This document shows positions 1 to 12,280 of a stretch of DNA of 64,000 nucleotides, piece by piece. The DNA is from Candidatus Eiseniibacteriota bacterium (lineage in GTDB: Bacteria > Eisenbacteria > RBG-16-71-46 > CAVPCR01): the NCBI GenBank assembly GCA_963702435.1, contig CAVPCR010000003.1:32001-96000 (forward strand), given 5' to 3'. Position 1 is the first letter of the stretch. Each line of letters starts with the position of its first letter. Both the position numbers and the translations under genes were made by a program. Below the pieces are notes generated by a model. It did no database searches. It worked only from the letters and a program-made list of their open reading frames with translations, and was not told where the DNA came from.

Positions 1-3000
1 TCGCGCCGACCGATACAAGCTGGCGACTATCAACGAAGAAATGACCAGTTGAGTTACTTCCCGTAGTCAGGGTAAAAGTCACGATATTATCGTTTCCGCC
101 GGACGAATCGGAAATGGATGAGTAACCGGGCAGATCAGTTTCCGTCAGGGAGTAGCTGCCGGGGGCAAGACCGGTAAACAGGAAGTTGCCGTTGATGTCG
201 GTGGTTGTAGTCCCGCAGGAGGCCCCGCAGCTTCCGCCGCTCAGCGCCACCGCGACACCGTAGATACCCTGGCTGTCCAAGTTATTGCGCACCTGTCCGG
301 TGATGTAGGCTTCAGTGGTGAACAGAATATCCACGTCAGACCCGAGTTTTGTGCCGCAGGGATTTTCCAGACCGCTTTTTATGCGCCAGCGGAATTGCGA
401 ACCCGCCTTCCACTGTGGGTCAGAAGTGTCGATTATCAACGTTGTGGTACGAGTGTTCGGATCGTAACTGATGTTCAGGATGGGCACATCGCCACCCAAG
501 GATGAGGTTATCAATATTGTTGTCAAAATTACCGATGTTAAACACACTGCCGCCACCATATGTGATCATGGGCTGGTTGAATGTGACTGTAAGTGTGTTG
601 GCGCTGAGGGAAACGCCGGTTGCGCCATTGGCTGGTGTCGGTGCTCGAAACTCCCGGTGCCACACATACGGCGGGCGTATCGGTGAAGAAGTGACCTGAC
701 GAGTTACTTCCTGCTGTCAGGGTCAAGTCCACCTGATTGTTATTGTTCGTACCCGTGCCGTCCGAATCGTTGACGGAGGTGTAACCGGGCAGATCGGTCT
801 CTGTCAGCCGGTAATTGCCCGGGGCAAAACCGATAAACCTAAAGTTGCCGTTTGAATCGGTGGTTGTCGTCCCGCAAGAGCCGCCACAGCTTCCGCCAGT
901 CAAAGTCACTGTGACGCCGTAGACACCTTCATTATCGAGGTTATTCCGCACCTGACCCGAGATCGCCAATTCAGTTGTAAAAGTGCGAACCACATCCGAT
1001 TGCGCGTCACCGCATGAGTTTTTCAAGTTCTTGATCGTCAAGTTGTATAGAGTGCCAGCCTGCCAATTCGGGTCACTGGTATCAATCGTCAGGGTCGCAG
1101 TATAGGTGACAGGGTTATAGGTTACGCCTGTGATCACGACTTTCTGTCCATTGGATTGATTCTTCAATTCGTATTTGTCAGCCTTCAACACGCTTTCGGC
1201 ACCCGTTGTGATCATGGGCTGGTTGAAGGTGACTGTGATGACAGACGTGTTCATCGGGACATTTGCCGTGCCATTTGCAGGATTGGTGCTGACCACAAAG
1301 CCGTTGGACGGATCAGGCGCTGAACAAACCGCAGGGTTGGCGGTATCCAGGAAGATATTGTTCGTGGAACTGACACCACCCAGAACGATCACATCAATCA
1401 GGTTATCGTTGGGCAGGTCGGAATCTGCCGTGGAAAGGTAATTCGCCAGATCGGTTTCCACGAGCAGGTAACTGCCATCCGCCACGCTGTTGAAAGTGAA
1501 CACGCCATTACCGTCTGTGAATGTGGAAGGACAATTCAAGCCCAGGGTGCAGGCTCCATTATCCAACTCAATCTTGACATTCGCCAAGCCTGCATCGCTA
1601 TCCCCAAGGTCGCCGTCTGCATTTAAGTCGTCGCGGACCTGACCGGAAACAACCGAAGAGACGACCGGCTGAACAACAGTGACAAGTGTATCGCTGTCAG
1701 TATACGGCAGGCTGGCATGTTCGGCAGAGACTGTCGCCGTATTCGATACCTGTCCAGCGTTGGCTTCGGCTAATGTGATCGTATGGGCGGCATCTGCCGT
1801 GCAAATGACGGAATCAGCTGGGGCAAGCGTGGTTGGCAGGCAGGTAATCGGGATGGCAAAAGTGTCATCTGTCACAGCGATATTGATAAGTGTTACGTTG
1901 CCGGTATTTGTGACTTCAAACTGATACCAGAGATCATCACCGCGTGTGATAGTCCAACTCACGTCATTGTCAGTATAAGAAGCCAATGACTTTACCACCT
2001 GAATGGACGGGTTCTGTGTGATCGGGATGCTCAGGCTATCAGTTGCATCGGGGGCTTCGTTCGAGCTGGCAGTCACGTTGTTGACAAGGTTCCCGCCCAA
2101 ATCCATCTCGGCTTGGGTGACAGTGTGCTGGGCGGTGCAGGTTGTTGTGGCCGCAGGCGCCAGGGTTGTCGCGCCGCAAACCGGCGCGGCGTCCGTGTTG
2201 TCGTCACTGAGCGAGATGCCTGTCAGAGTTACATTGCCGGTATTGGTCAACAGGTAGTTGTACGGGACGATCTGTCCAACAATTGTCACGTCCGTTGTGG
2301 TCGAGGTCTTGTCCACTGTCATGGACGGGCTTTGCGTGATCGGGATGCTCAGATTATCCGTTGCATCCGACGCTTCGTTCGAGCTGGCGGTCACGTTGTT
2401 GACAAGGTTGCCACCCGCATCCATCTCCGCTTGGGTAAATGTGTGCTGGGCAGTGCAGGTTGTTGTGGCCGCCGGTGCCAAGGTAGTTGCGCCGCAAACT
2501 GGGGCAACATCCGTGTTGTCGTCACTGAGACGAGATGCCGTCAGGGTAACGTTGCCGGTGTTGGTCAACAGGTAGCTGTACGGGACGATCTGCCCGGCTG
2601 CCGTCACATCCGTTGTGGTCGAGGACTTGGCCACCGTCAGCGACGGACTCTGCGTGATCGGGATGCTCAGGCTATCCGGCGCATCGGAGGCTTCGTTCGA
2701 GCTGGCGGTCACGTTGTTGACCAGGTTACCACCCGCATCCATCTCCGCTTGAGTAAATGTGTGCTGGGCAGTACAGGTTGTTGTGCCCGCCGGTGCCAGT
2801 GTGGTCGCGCCGCAAACCGGGGCGGCATCCGTGTTGTCGTCACTGAGCGAGATGCCTGTCAGGGTAACGTTGCCGGTGTTGGTCAACAGGTAGCTGTACG
2901 GGACGATCTGTCCAGCCGCTGTCACATCCGAGGTGGTCGAAGACTTGGCAACCGTCATTGACGGGCTCTGCGTGATCGGGATGCTCAGGCTATCCAGCGC

Positions 3001-6000
3001 ATCGGAGGCTTCGTTCGAGCTGGCAGTCACGTTGTTGACCAGGTTGCCGCCTGCGTCCATCTCCGCTTGAGTAAATGTGTGCTGGGCAGTACAGGTTGTT
3101 GTGCCCGCTGGAGCCAGCGTGGTTGTGCCACAAACTGGGGCAGCATCCGTGTTATCGTCACTGAGCGAGATGCCGGTCAGGGTGACATTGCCGGTGTTGG
3201 TCAGCAGGTAGCTGTAGGGAACAACCTGCCCTGCCGCTGTCACATCCGCGGTGGTCGAAGACTTCGCCACTGTCATGGTTTTGGTTTGTGTGATCGGAAT
3301 GCTCAGGCTGTCTATCGCATTCGGCGCTTCGGCAGAACTGGCGGTGACGTGATTGACCAGGTTCCCGCCCGCATCCATCTCCGCCTGGGTGACGGTATGC
3401 TCTGCGGTGCAGGTGGTCGTACCTGCCGGTGCCAGCGTAGTCACACCGCAGACCGGGGCAGCATCGGTGTTGTCATCGACCAGACTGATACCACTCAGGG
3501 TGATGTTGCCGGTATTCGTTAGCAGGTAGCTGTAAGGAACGATCTGTCCGGCGGATGTGATCGATGTAGTTGTCGAAGACTTCGCCACTGTCATGGTTTT
3601 GGTTTGTGTGATCGGAATGCTCAGGCTGTCTATCGCGTTCGGCGCTTCGGCAGAACTGGCGGTGACGTGATTGACCAGGTTCCCGCCCGCATCCATCTCC
3701 GCCTGGGTGACGGTATGCTCTGCGGTACAGGTGGTCGTACCTGCCGGTGCCAGCGTAGTCACACCGCAGACTGGGGCGGTATCAGTGTTGTCATCAACGA
3801 GTGAGATGCCGGTCAGGGTGACATTGCCGGTGTTGGTCAGCAGGTAGCTGTAGGGAACAATCTGCCCTGCCGCTGTCACATCCGCGGTGGTCGAAGACTT
3901 CGCCACTGTCATGGTTTTGGACTTTGTGTGATCGGAATGCTCAGGCTGTCTAGTCGCATTCGGCGCTTCGGCAGAACTGGCGGTGACGTTATTAACCAGG
4001 TTCCCGCCCGCATCCAACTCAGTCTGTGTGACGGTATGCTGGGCGGTGCAGGTGGTCGTACCCGCCGGTGCCAGCGTGGTCACACCGCAGACTGGGGCAG
4101 CGTCCGTGTTGTCGTCAATGAGCGAGATACCTGTCAGGGTCATATTGCCGGTGTTGGTCAGCAGGTAGCTGTACGGCACGATCTGCCCGGCGACTGTGAC
4201 AGAAGTGGTGGTTGATGACTTCGCCACCGTCATGGATGGGCTCTGCGCGAACGGAATGCTCAGGTTGTCCAGCGCATCCGATGTTTCGTTCGAACTGGCG
4301 GTCACGTTATTAACCAGGTTCCCGCCCGTGTCCATCTCCGTTTGTGTAACGGTGTGCTGGGCGGTGCAGGTGGTTGTGCCCGCCGGTGCCAGTGTGGTTG
4401 CAGCCGCAAACTGGGGCGGCATCCGTGTTATCGTCACTGAGCGAGATGCCTGTCAGGGTAACATTGCCGGTGTTGGTCAACAGGTAGCTGTACGGGACGA
4501 TCTGTCCAGCCGCTGTCACATCCGTGGTGGTCGAAGACTTGGCAACCGTCATTGACGGGCTCTGCGTGATCGGGATGCTCAGGCTATCCAGCGCATCGGA
4601 GGCTTCGTTCGAGCTGGCGGTCACGTTGTTGACCAGGTTACCACCCGCATCCATCTCCGCTTGAGTAAATGTGTGCTGGGCAGTACAGGTTGTTGTGCCC
4701 GCCGGTGCCAGTGTGGTTGCGCCGCAAACTGGGGCACCATCCGTGTTGTCGTCACTGAGCGAGATGCCTGTCAAAGTTACATTGCCGGTATTGGTCAACA
4801 GGTAGTTGTACGGGACGATTTGCCCAACAATTGTCACGTCCGTTGTGGTCGAGGTCTTGTCCACTGTCATGGACGGGCTTTGCGTGATCGGGATGCTCAG
4901 ATTATCCGTTGCATCCGACGCTTCGTTCGAGCTGGCGGTCACGTTGTTGACCAGGTTGCCGCCCGCGTCCATCTCCGCCTGTGTAACCGTGTGCTGGGCG
5001 GTGCAGGTTGTCGTCCCTGCTGGGCACAAGCGTGGTCGCGCCGCAAACCGGAGCGGCATCCGTGTTGTCGTCACTGAGCGAGATGCCTGTCAAGGTTACA
5101 TTGCCGGTGTTAGTCAGCAGATAACTGTACGGGACGATCTGTCCAGCCGCTGTCACGACCGAAGGCTGGTCGAAGACTTGGCAACCGTCATTAACGGGCT
5201 CTGCGTGAACGGGATGCTCAGGCTATCCAGCGCATCGGAGGCTTCGTTAGAGCTGGCGGTCACGTTGTTGACAAGGTTACCACCCACATCCATCTCCGCT
5301 TGAGTAAAAGTGTGCTGGGCGGTGCAGGTCGTCGTCCCTGCTGGCGCAAGCGTGGTCGCAGCCGCAAACCGGAGCGGCATCCGTGTTGTCGTCAACCAGA
5401 CTAATGCCTGTTAGGGTCACGTTACCGGTATTGGTCAACAGGTAGCTATACGGGACGATCTGCCCAACAACTGTCACATCCGTTGTGGTCGATGTCTTGT
5501 CCACTGTCAGCGAGGGAAGTTGATCGACAGGAACAGTTATACTGGCGGTTTGAGGCGTAGGCAGGAAGGTCGTCGTGGCAGAAGCGGTATTGTCGATGGT
5601 TCCATCCCCGCCGCCGTTCAATTCGAGGTCGTTTTGCGTGACGGTATAGGTTCCTGTATAGGTCCATGTTTCGCCGACAGACAGGATATTGTCACCCGCT
5701 CCCGATTCAACTGGACCGCTCAAAGCGCCCAGCATTGGGTCTGAGACATTCACACCGATCAGGCTGACGTTGCCGGTATTGTTGAGGGTGATCTGATAGG
5801 TGATCACATCCCCCGCCTGGTCCGCATGACCGCTGGGTCCATCGCCACCTACGTCTGTAACTATTTTGGATATGCTGTAGGCGGAAAGTTGAACAGCATT
5901 GACTGTGAAGGTATCTGTATTCGAGTAACTGGATTTCCCGCATAACTGGTGGTGGCGCTGGCAATGTTCGTGACACTTCCAAAGTCAAGGTCATATTGCG

Positions 6001-8758
6001 TTGTGACGTATACCCCGGAACAATTCGTTGACGCTCCAGGTGCCAGCAGACCAGTTCCACACGGGCTGATGGTACCGACCTTATCATCGGTGACAGTAAA
6101 CGGACCGTTCAAGGTCACATTGCCGCTATTTTGCAGTGTGTACGTGTAATTAATTGTTTGTCCAACAGAGGAATATGTTGCAGGAGCGCCGCTCTTGGTA
6201 AGCAGAAGCGCCGGGGTTTAACTCGCACTGACTGTGAGGATCGCCGGAGCAGATGTGAGGCTGTTTCCTGAAACGGTGGCAGTGTTGGTAATGCTGCCCG
6301 TATCAAGGTCTGTCTTGATTCACAGTATGCCCAGACGTGCAGGTTGTGGTCGCATTGGGAGCCAGGGGACCCGTTGCACAGTTCGTCAGTGTTCCCTGTT
6401 TGTCATCTGTCACAGTGAACGGACCGGCAAGGCTGACGTTCCCAGTATTCCGGATGGTGTAGGTATAAGTAATAACCTGTCCCAAGGTGTTGTAGGATGC
6501 CAGATCGGCACTCTTGGTGAGGAAAATTGCAGGATTTTGGGTAATGAATGTGGTGATCGTATCGCTATCCGTGAATGGCGTGACATTCAAATAACCAGCG
6601 GCTGTTGCGGTATTGGTGACCTGTCCAGCATCCGCTTCGGCCAGGGTAATGACATGCGGCGCATCGGCAGAACAGACCATTGCCGCTCCAGGCGCCAAAC
6701 TCGACCCTGGACAGGTGACCGGGATCCCAAACAAGTCATCGGTCACGCCGATGGAGGTCAATGTGACATTGCCGGTATTGCTGACATTAAACTTGTAAAG
6801 GAGCCCGTCCCCCAACGTGAGGGTGTTGGATAAGTCGCTGTCTACAAAGGAGGAAGCGAATTTGATGATCTGGATACCTGGAGTTTGAACCGCCGAAACC
6901 GTGATCGAATCGGTGTTAGACGTGACAGTACTACCGCCGGGTGTCAGTCCCGGTTGCGAAGGCGGAATTCGTTATCAAGCCGGTGTCCAGATCGCCCTGC
7001 GTCACGGTATGGGAGGCAAAGCAGGTGATGAAGGCGCCGGGGTTGATGTTCCCAGCCGGACAGGATTCGTCGGTGGTCTGGTCATCGTTCACGCTGATCG
7101 GACCAAAGATGGTGACGTGCCCGGTATTGGTGACGAAGAACGAATAATTGACAACCTGCCCGACAGCGCCGTACGTGACGGGTAGTGCGCTCTTACTAAT
7201 CGTGAGTGCCGCTTCCTGGCTGATGGCTGTGTCAACCGCGTCCGAAGCCGAAACCACCGGACCCGAAGGAGGCTGTGCCCTTACCGAGGCAGAGTTATGC
7301 ACATTCCCGGCATTCGCCTCTGCCAGCGTTACGATATGGACAGCGCTGGCAGTACAGGTGGTGGACGCTCCCGGGCCAAGCGAGGTTGCGGAACACGTTA
7401 CTGGAATCGCAAAGGTGTCATCGGTCACGGTGATCGAGTTGAGCGGAACCGAACCGATATTGGTCACATCGGATCAATACAGGAGTCCATCCCCCAATGT
7501 GATGGAACTCGAGCCATCGTTATCTGCATAACTGGCCAGGCTCTTCACCATCTGGATGCCCAGCGGCGTGACCAAAGTGTTGCTGGCTGTGACCGTCAAA
7601 CTGCCGACCTTCCCCGATACGGTGGCTGTATTTGACAATTCCCCGGCGCTGATCTCGGCGGCTGTCAGGATATGGGCTGTAATCGTATTACAAACGGTCG
7701 TGCCGCCGGGCGCCAGCGTTGTCACCGGGCAGGAAACTGGGATGCTGAAAGTATCATCCTGGACACTGATGTTGCTCAGACCAACATCACCCGTATTCGT
7801 CAGATCGAACTGATACCAAAGCCCATCTCCCTGGGTAAGCGTTCCAGACGAGTCGTTGTCATCCTGCCTGCTGACACTTTTGACGATGGTTAGGGATGGG
7901 TTTTGCTGAACGGATGTGGTCAGCGTATCATAATCCACATAACGAACTCCGCCGAAATCCCCGGTCGCCGAAGCCTGGTTGACCACCTGCCCTCCATTGG
8001 CTTCGACCAGGGTGACCCGGTGATACATACTTGCGTTACATTTCATGAATGTTCCGGGAGCAAGTCAGGAACTAGGACAGGTTACCGGAATGTTATATGT
8101 GATTTCGCGGACGGTTACAAAACTGAGTGTTGTATTCCCGATGTTTGTGACTTCGAATTGAAACCAAAGATTATCGCCCAGTGTGATTGTTCCAGATCGA
8201 TCGTTATCATCGAAGAATGCCAGGCTCTTGATCAACCGGATTGCTGATTTTGGCAGTTCGGGGGTGTTAGTGTAAGTCGGTTGTGAATCCGTGGTTGGGG
8301 TTGGTAGCTGGGTCAATGTATGACTAATCGAAATAGTCGGGCTTGATGGTGGTGTTGCGGATGGGGTAGAAGATGGCTGTAGTTGTAGGGGTTGGCGAGT
8401 TGATGGTGTATAAGGTTTAAGTAGCGGGTCGAATCGGTGAACCGATTACTGCCGTTATTGTTGCTATCCGGCTTTGGCACTCTTCAGGGAAATTTCACCA
8501 TCACACACAATGTCATTTGAGGATATTTAGATTAATCAAGGGAAAATAGAGCCCATATCTATCCCGACTGTAATCAGCCTCCCGCTTAGAGTGTAATGAA
8601 ATCGGCAAATAGTCAATTTGCGGCTTAATCAAACCGGGAAAAACGACCATGATCGTAAGAATGAAGACTAATAGAAGAAACAGCAACCGGATAATATCGC
8701 GGGTAACAGGTTTCTTATTAACCGATTGTACATTCGATGTCGCATCAACAGCATTCAT
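1..8758 (-). CDS. Giant surface adhesin-like protein: N-terminal TM anchor, DUF11/DUF7507-type Ig repeats, SdrD-B-like and Big_5-like domains; split by many frameshifts and running off the window edge
   Basis: Collinear minus-strand ORFs 8513-8758 (hydrophobic [16 protein letters not shown]), 8065-8316, 7474-8046, 6931-7467, 6303-6815, 5861-6118, 5277-5807, 4310-5074, 538-4437, 420-665; most carry the [11 protein letters not shown]...C....LAPG.TTTCTA repeat motif, and the distal part has ISGQVR...ETDLPGY repeats. Confidence 0.85.
2010..5515 (-). repeat. About 11 near-identical tandem ~318-bp (106-aa) intragenic repeats
   Basis: Marker gtgatcgggatgctcag (or close variant) recurs near 2018, 2336, 2653, 2972, 3290, 3608, 3927, 4248, 4566, 4884 and 5205. 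Confidence 0.92.
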
Positions 8759-8761
8759 CGT

Positions 8762-10561
8762 TCAGGCTTCAAATTCTTCGATAAACTTTTTGAACATTTC
8801 TACGATATGGGGGTCGTACTTCCTGCCAGCATCATCATTAAGGATGCGCAAACTGTCATCCTTTGAGAGGGAAGATTTGTATGGACGCTCTGAGCGCAAA
8901 GCGTCCCAGGTGTCCACAACTGTAAAAATACGGGCGGGAAGGGGAATTTCTTCTCCTTTCAGGCCATAAGAATAACCCTTCCCATCCCAGTTTTCATGAT
9001 GGTAGCGTGGAATATCCAAAGCCGGTTCCAGAAAACGGATATCCTTGAGCATATCGAATGCAAAGACCGGATGCTTACGCATCACAGCCCATTCTTCATC
9101 GTTAAGTTGTCTGGGTTTGTGTAAAATCGTGTCGGAAATCCCCATTTTCCCAATATCGTGAAGAATTGCGCCTCTCCGGATGTTTACCAAATCTTCATCG
9201 GTAAAACCTATTTTGCGCGCCAATGCTACAGTCATATCGGAAACACGTTTTGTGTGTCCTTCTGTATCTTTATCACGAAGTTCAAGCGCTTTTGACCATC
9301 CCAACAAAGCACTGTCGTAGGCTTGCAACAAATCACTTTTTGATTGATTTAGGCTTCCTATCATTTGGTTAAAGGATTTAATTAAGACATTGATTTCATC
9401 ATTGGTCTCAAAACTAACATGAACATCCAAGTCCCCACCTGACACTGCCTCAGAGGCCTTTACCAACCCTAATAATGGTCGGGTGATCAAATTCGCCAGG
9501 TTGATACCAACCATAATTATGATAAACAACGCCAGGCCAATCAAGAAAACAATCTGTATCGAGTAAGAGGGGTTGGTTTAATGGCAAAATTATTTTGGAG
9601 CGCCGCCCCCAGGATTCCAAGATCCGCGTCTCCACGCACTTCCCAGGGAGCCAAAACTTCAGTATAGTTAAATATCAAAAACAGAAATATCACGTTGGTC
9701 TTGTACGTTTCTTATTTTACTTCGTTGCAGATCCTAATACCTCAATAATGCGGGAAGCAGTTTCATTGTCTAGTGGTACTGGCAAGGAAATGAAACTGCT
9801 TGCAATGGGTGAACCGTTAAATTCATAAAATGTAATTTGACCCAAAGATTTTTGATGGATGTTTGCTGCAAGCGTTTCTAGGGCTGTTCCAACTAATATC
9901 ATGCCAACGAATCAATACTCTGGATCATAGACAGGGCCAGATACATAGAAATAATTCCCCCAATCTGCTTGTACGAACCCCGAAAATTTGTCACCAAATG
10001 GGTCTTCCTGATTTTTCAGCACCTTATCCACAAAATCCCACGCTCGATATACACTCTCATCTCCACCAGTTGAAAAATCATAATCTTCCCGCACGCTCCC
10101 CCGTCTATGTCGCATGGAGAGTAGGGGATTACCGTACGGATCTAAGAATTCTGCAGCTTCTATCTGGTCATTAGCAACAATGCCGAATGATAATAGTCTT
10201 AATTTTTCAGGGTTATTCTCCGCAAATGTATCAGCCATTCCATCAGAATTTTCCAACAGCCTGAGCACTACCAGGAGCCTATCCTCTTCCTTTACAATAA
10301 GCTCTGATGAAAGCTGTCCGAGCTCACCCAGTTGATTATTAAACGCTCTTCAACCGTATCGAACACAACATTGGTGATTAAAAATGCTGCCGCAATAGAC
10401 ATCAATACAGCCAAGAAAAAATATAGCGCGGTAATTTTTGCCCAAATCGGTATTTTTCGAGGAGGTTCATTTCCTTTACGAACAAGAAAATTAGGTACAA
10501 GACGATTGGGATTGAATTTCTGCTTCATGGATGTTCCGAAATCGATCTTTATTAACTCCAT
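8762..10561 (-). CDS. Membrane sensor with HAMP and HD-GYP domains (c-di-GMP phosphodiesterase family), frameshifted
   Basis: ORF 8762-9544 has HAMP (ITRPL...DEINVLIKSFNQM), HDIGK and HHENWDGKGYSYGL; upstream fragments 9717-10561 give the TM1 and extracellular parts. Confidence 0.88.
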
Positions 10562-10720
10562 ACGGGTGTTCAGGTTTCGTACTATCCATTTTCTTCATGG
10601 CTCACCACAAAACTCACACTACCAATGCTATTTTACCAAGCACAGGCCTATACAACAGTTTTGTAACGCTCTTGTGATATATGGGCAGAGAGTTCCAAGT
10701 ATCGAAAACAAAGTGAGGAT

Positions 10721-10782
10721 GTTATTACGAGGAGGACGAAACCCGACGAAGCAATCTCTTTATAAAGACAGGGATTGCTTCG
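10721..10782. repeat. REP-like intergenic palindrome
   Basis: cgaagcaatctc...gggattgcttcg inverted repeat at 10747-10782. Confidence 0.5.
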
Positions 10783-11115
10783 CCCTTACAGACTCCCAAC
10801 GGTGGATTTGGGAACTTTTACAAAGAAAAGATGAACATAGGAGCCTATGCACAAAGTCACTATGACGGATAATCAATTAATCTTTATTGAGGCGTTTTGC
10901 GCTAAAATCAGAAACGGATTGGATCGAGCCGACTTTAATGCTAAGAAGCAGATTAACCCAAGTTGCCACCTTGATTTTTTAAATGCAAATGCTGGCTTCC
11001 AAATTTCCTTATCCACTTCAGTTTATGCCCAAAATTAGCCTCAAAAGCATTCTATTACACCTTCAGCATATATTACACGAATAGGTAGCAACTTGAGTTA
11101 GATTATCCAACTACC

Positions 11116-11781
11116 TCGATACTCTCGGCACGTTTGCCACCAGTCCTGAAAACGCCGCGTACTATGTTATCGGGAACGCTATCCAGATCACCGCGGTCAG
11201 CGGAACCTTCGGCGTGACAATGAGCGTGGGCGGCGAGCGCGAGACAGGGACTCTTCCCTGATCTATTTGGCACACCCGCCAACCGCATCGTCACCTTCTT
11301 TGGCCGCGCCTTCATGCACATCATTGACGGGATGCTGGGCGTGGTCATCGCTCTCGTCTGGGGCGTGATTCTGTTCAACCTCGACCTGTCTCACAGCAAT
11401 CTGTCCACGCTCGCACTGACGATATTCATCACCACCCTCAGCACTTGTGCGCTGGGACTCTTGCTAGGTTGCATGAGTCTCATCACGGTCAACGTGATGT
11501 TCATCAACAACTTTGTCTACTTTGCCCTGCTCATATTTTCGGGCGCGAACGTGCCGATTGAAAAAATTCCCCGCCATCATGCAGTCTGTCTCGTGGGCCT
11601 TGCCGCTGACGCGCGGCATCGCCGCGGCGCGCCTGCTGGTGGGTGGCGCGGCAATGAGCGAAGTTCATCCCTGCTGTGGAGCGAACTGGGAATCGGTCTG
11701 CTCTACGGCCTGCTGGGATATTTCCTTTTTGCGTGGTTCGAGGTTCAGGCAAAACGACACGGTACGTTGGAAGTGTTCTAA
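11116..11781 (+). pseudogene. ABC-2 type transporter permease, 5'-truncated and frameshifted
   Basis: Reads YYVIGNAIQ...GGERETGTL then ORF 11314-11781 (IFSGANVPIEK, WALPLTRGI); no N-terminus or start upstream. Confidence 0.65.
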
Positions 11782-11888
11782 TTCAACTTACACGGGAAAT
11801 TGGGGATTGAATCGCGGGTGGAAAAGTTCTATACTGAAAGTGAGTTCAAATTTGAGTTCGTTCTTCCTAATTCCACAGGAGGTGTGAG

Positions 11889-12209
11889 ATGAAAACCGAT
11901 TCAGTTCAATCCAATTGGAGACCAAGTTCCCGTCTCGGCTGGTGGGCGGTGGGACTGATGGCCGCGTACGTGGTGATGTACATCATCACCATGGCGGTGA
12001 TAGCCTTGCGGTTAAGCCTACCGCCTGTCTACGGCATTTTCATGCTGTTGTGTGGACTGGCCGCAGGGATTGTCGGCCTGGTCGCAATCGTGAAGCAACA
12101 CGAGCGCTCGTGGTTGGTGTGGGTTGCGTTGCTACCAGGGATATTCGTAATTTTCCTCCTGCTCGGTGAGTTTCTGGTGCCACTCATTTTTCCTGAGCTT
12201 GCACATTAA
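11889..12209 (+). CDS. Small 3-TM membrane protein
   Basis: aggaggt RBS; three hydrophobic segments and a KQHERSWLVW motif. Confidence 0.75.
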   Translation: MKTDSVQSNWRPSSRLGWWAVGLMAAYVVMYIITMAVIALRLSLPPVYGIFMLLCGLAAGIVGLVAIVKQHERSWLVWVALLPGIFVIFLLLGEFLVPLIFPELAH

Positions 12210-12229
12210 TTCATGGGTGTGTGAAAATT

Positions 12230-12266
12230 AAAAAGGAGGCCCGTCGCTTGAACGGGCCTCCTTTTT
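12230..12266. terminator. Bidirectional intrinsic terminator
   Basis: aaaaaggaggcccgt-cgcttga-acgggcctccttttt between convergent genes. Confidence 0.85.
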
Positions 12267-12280
12267 CTACTTTCTACTTG

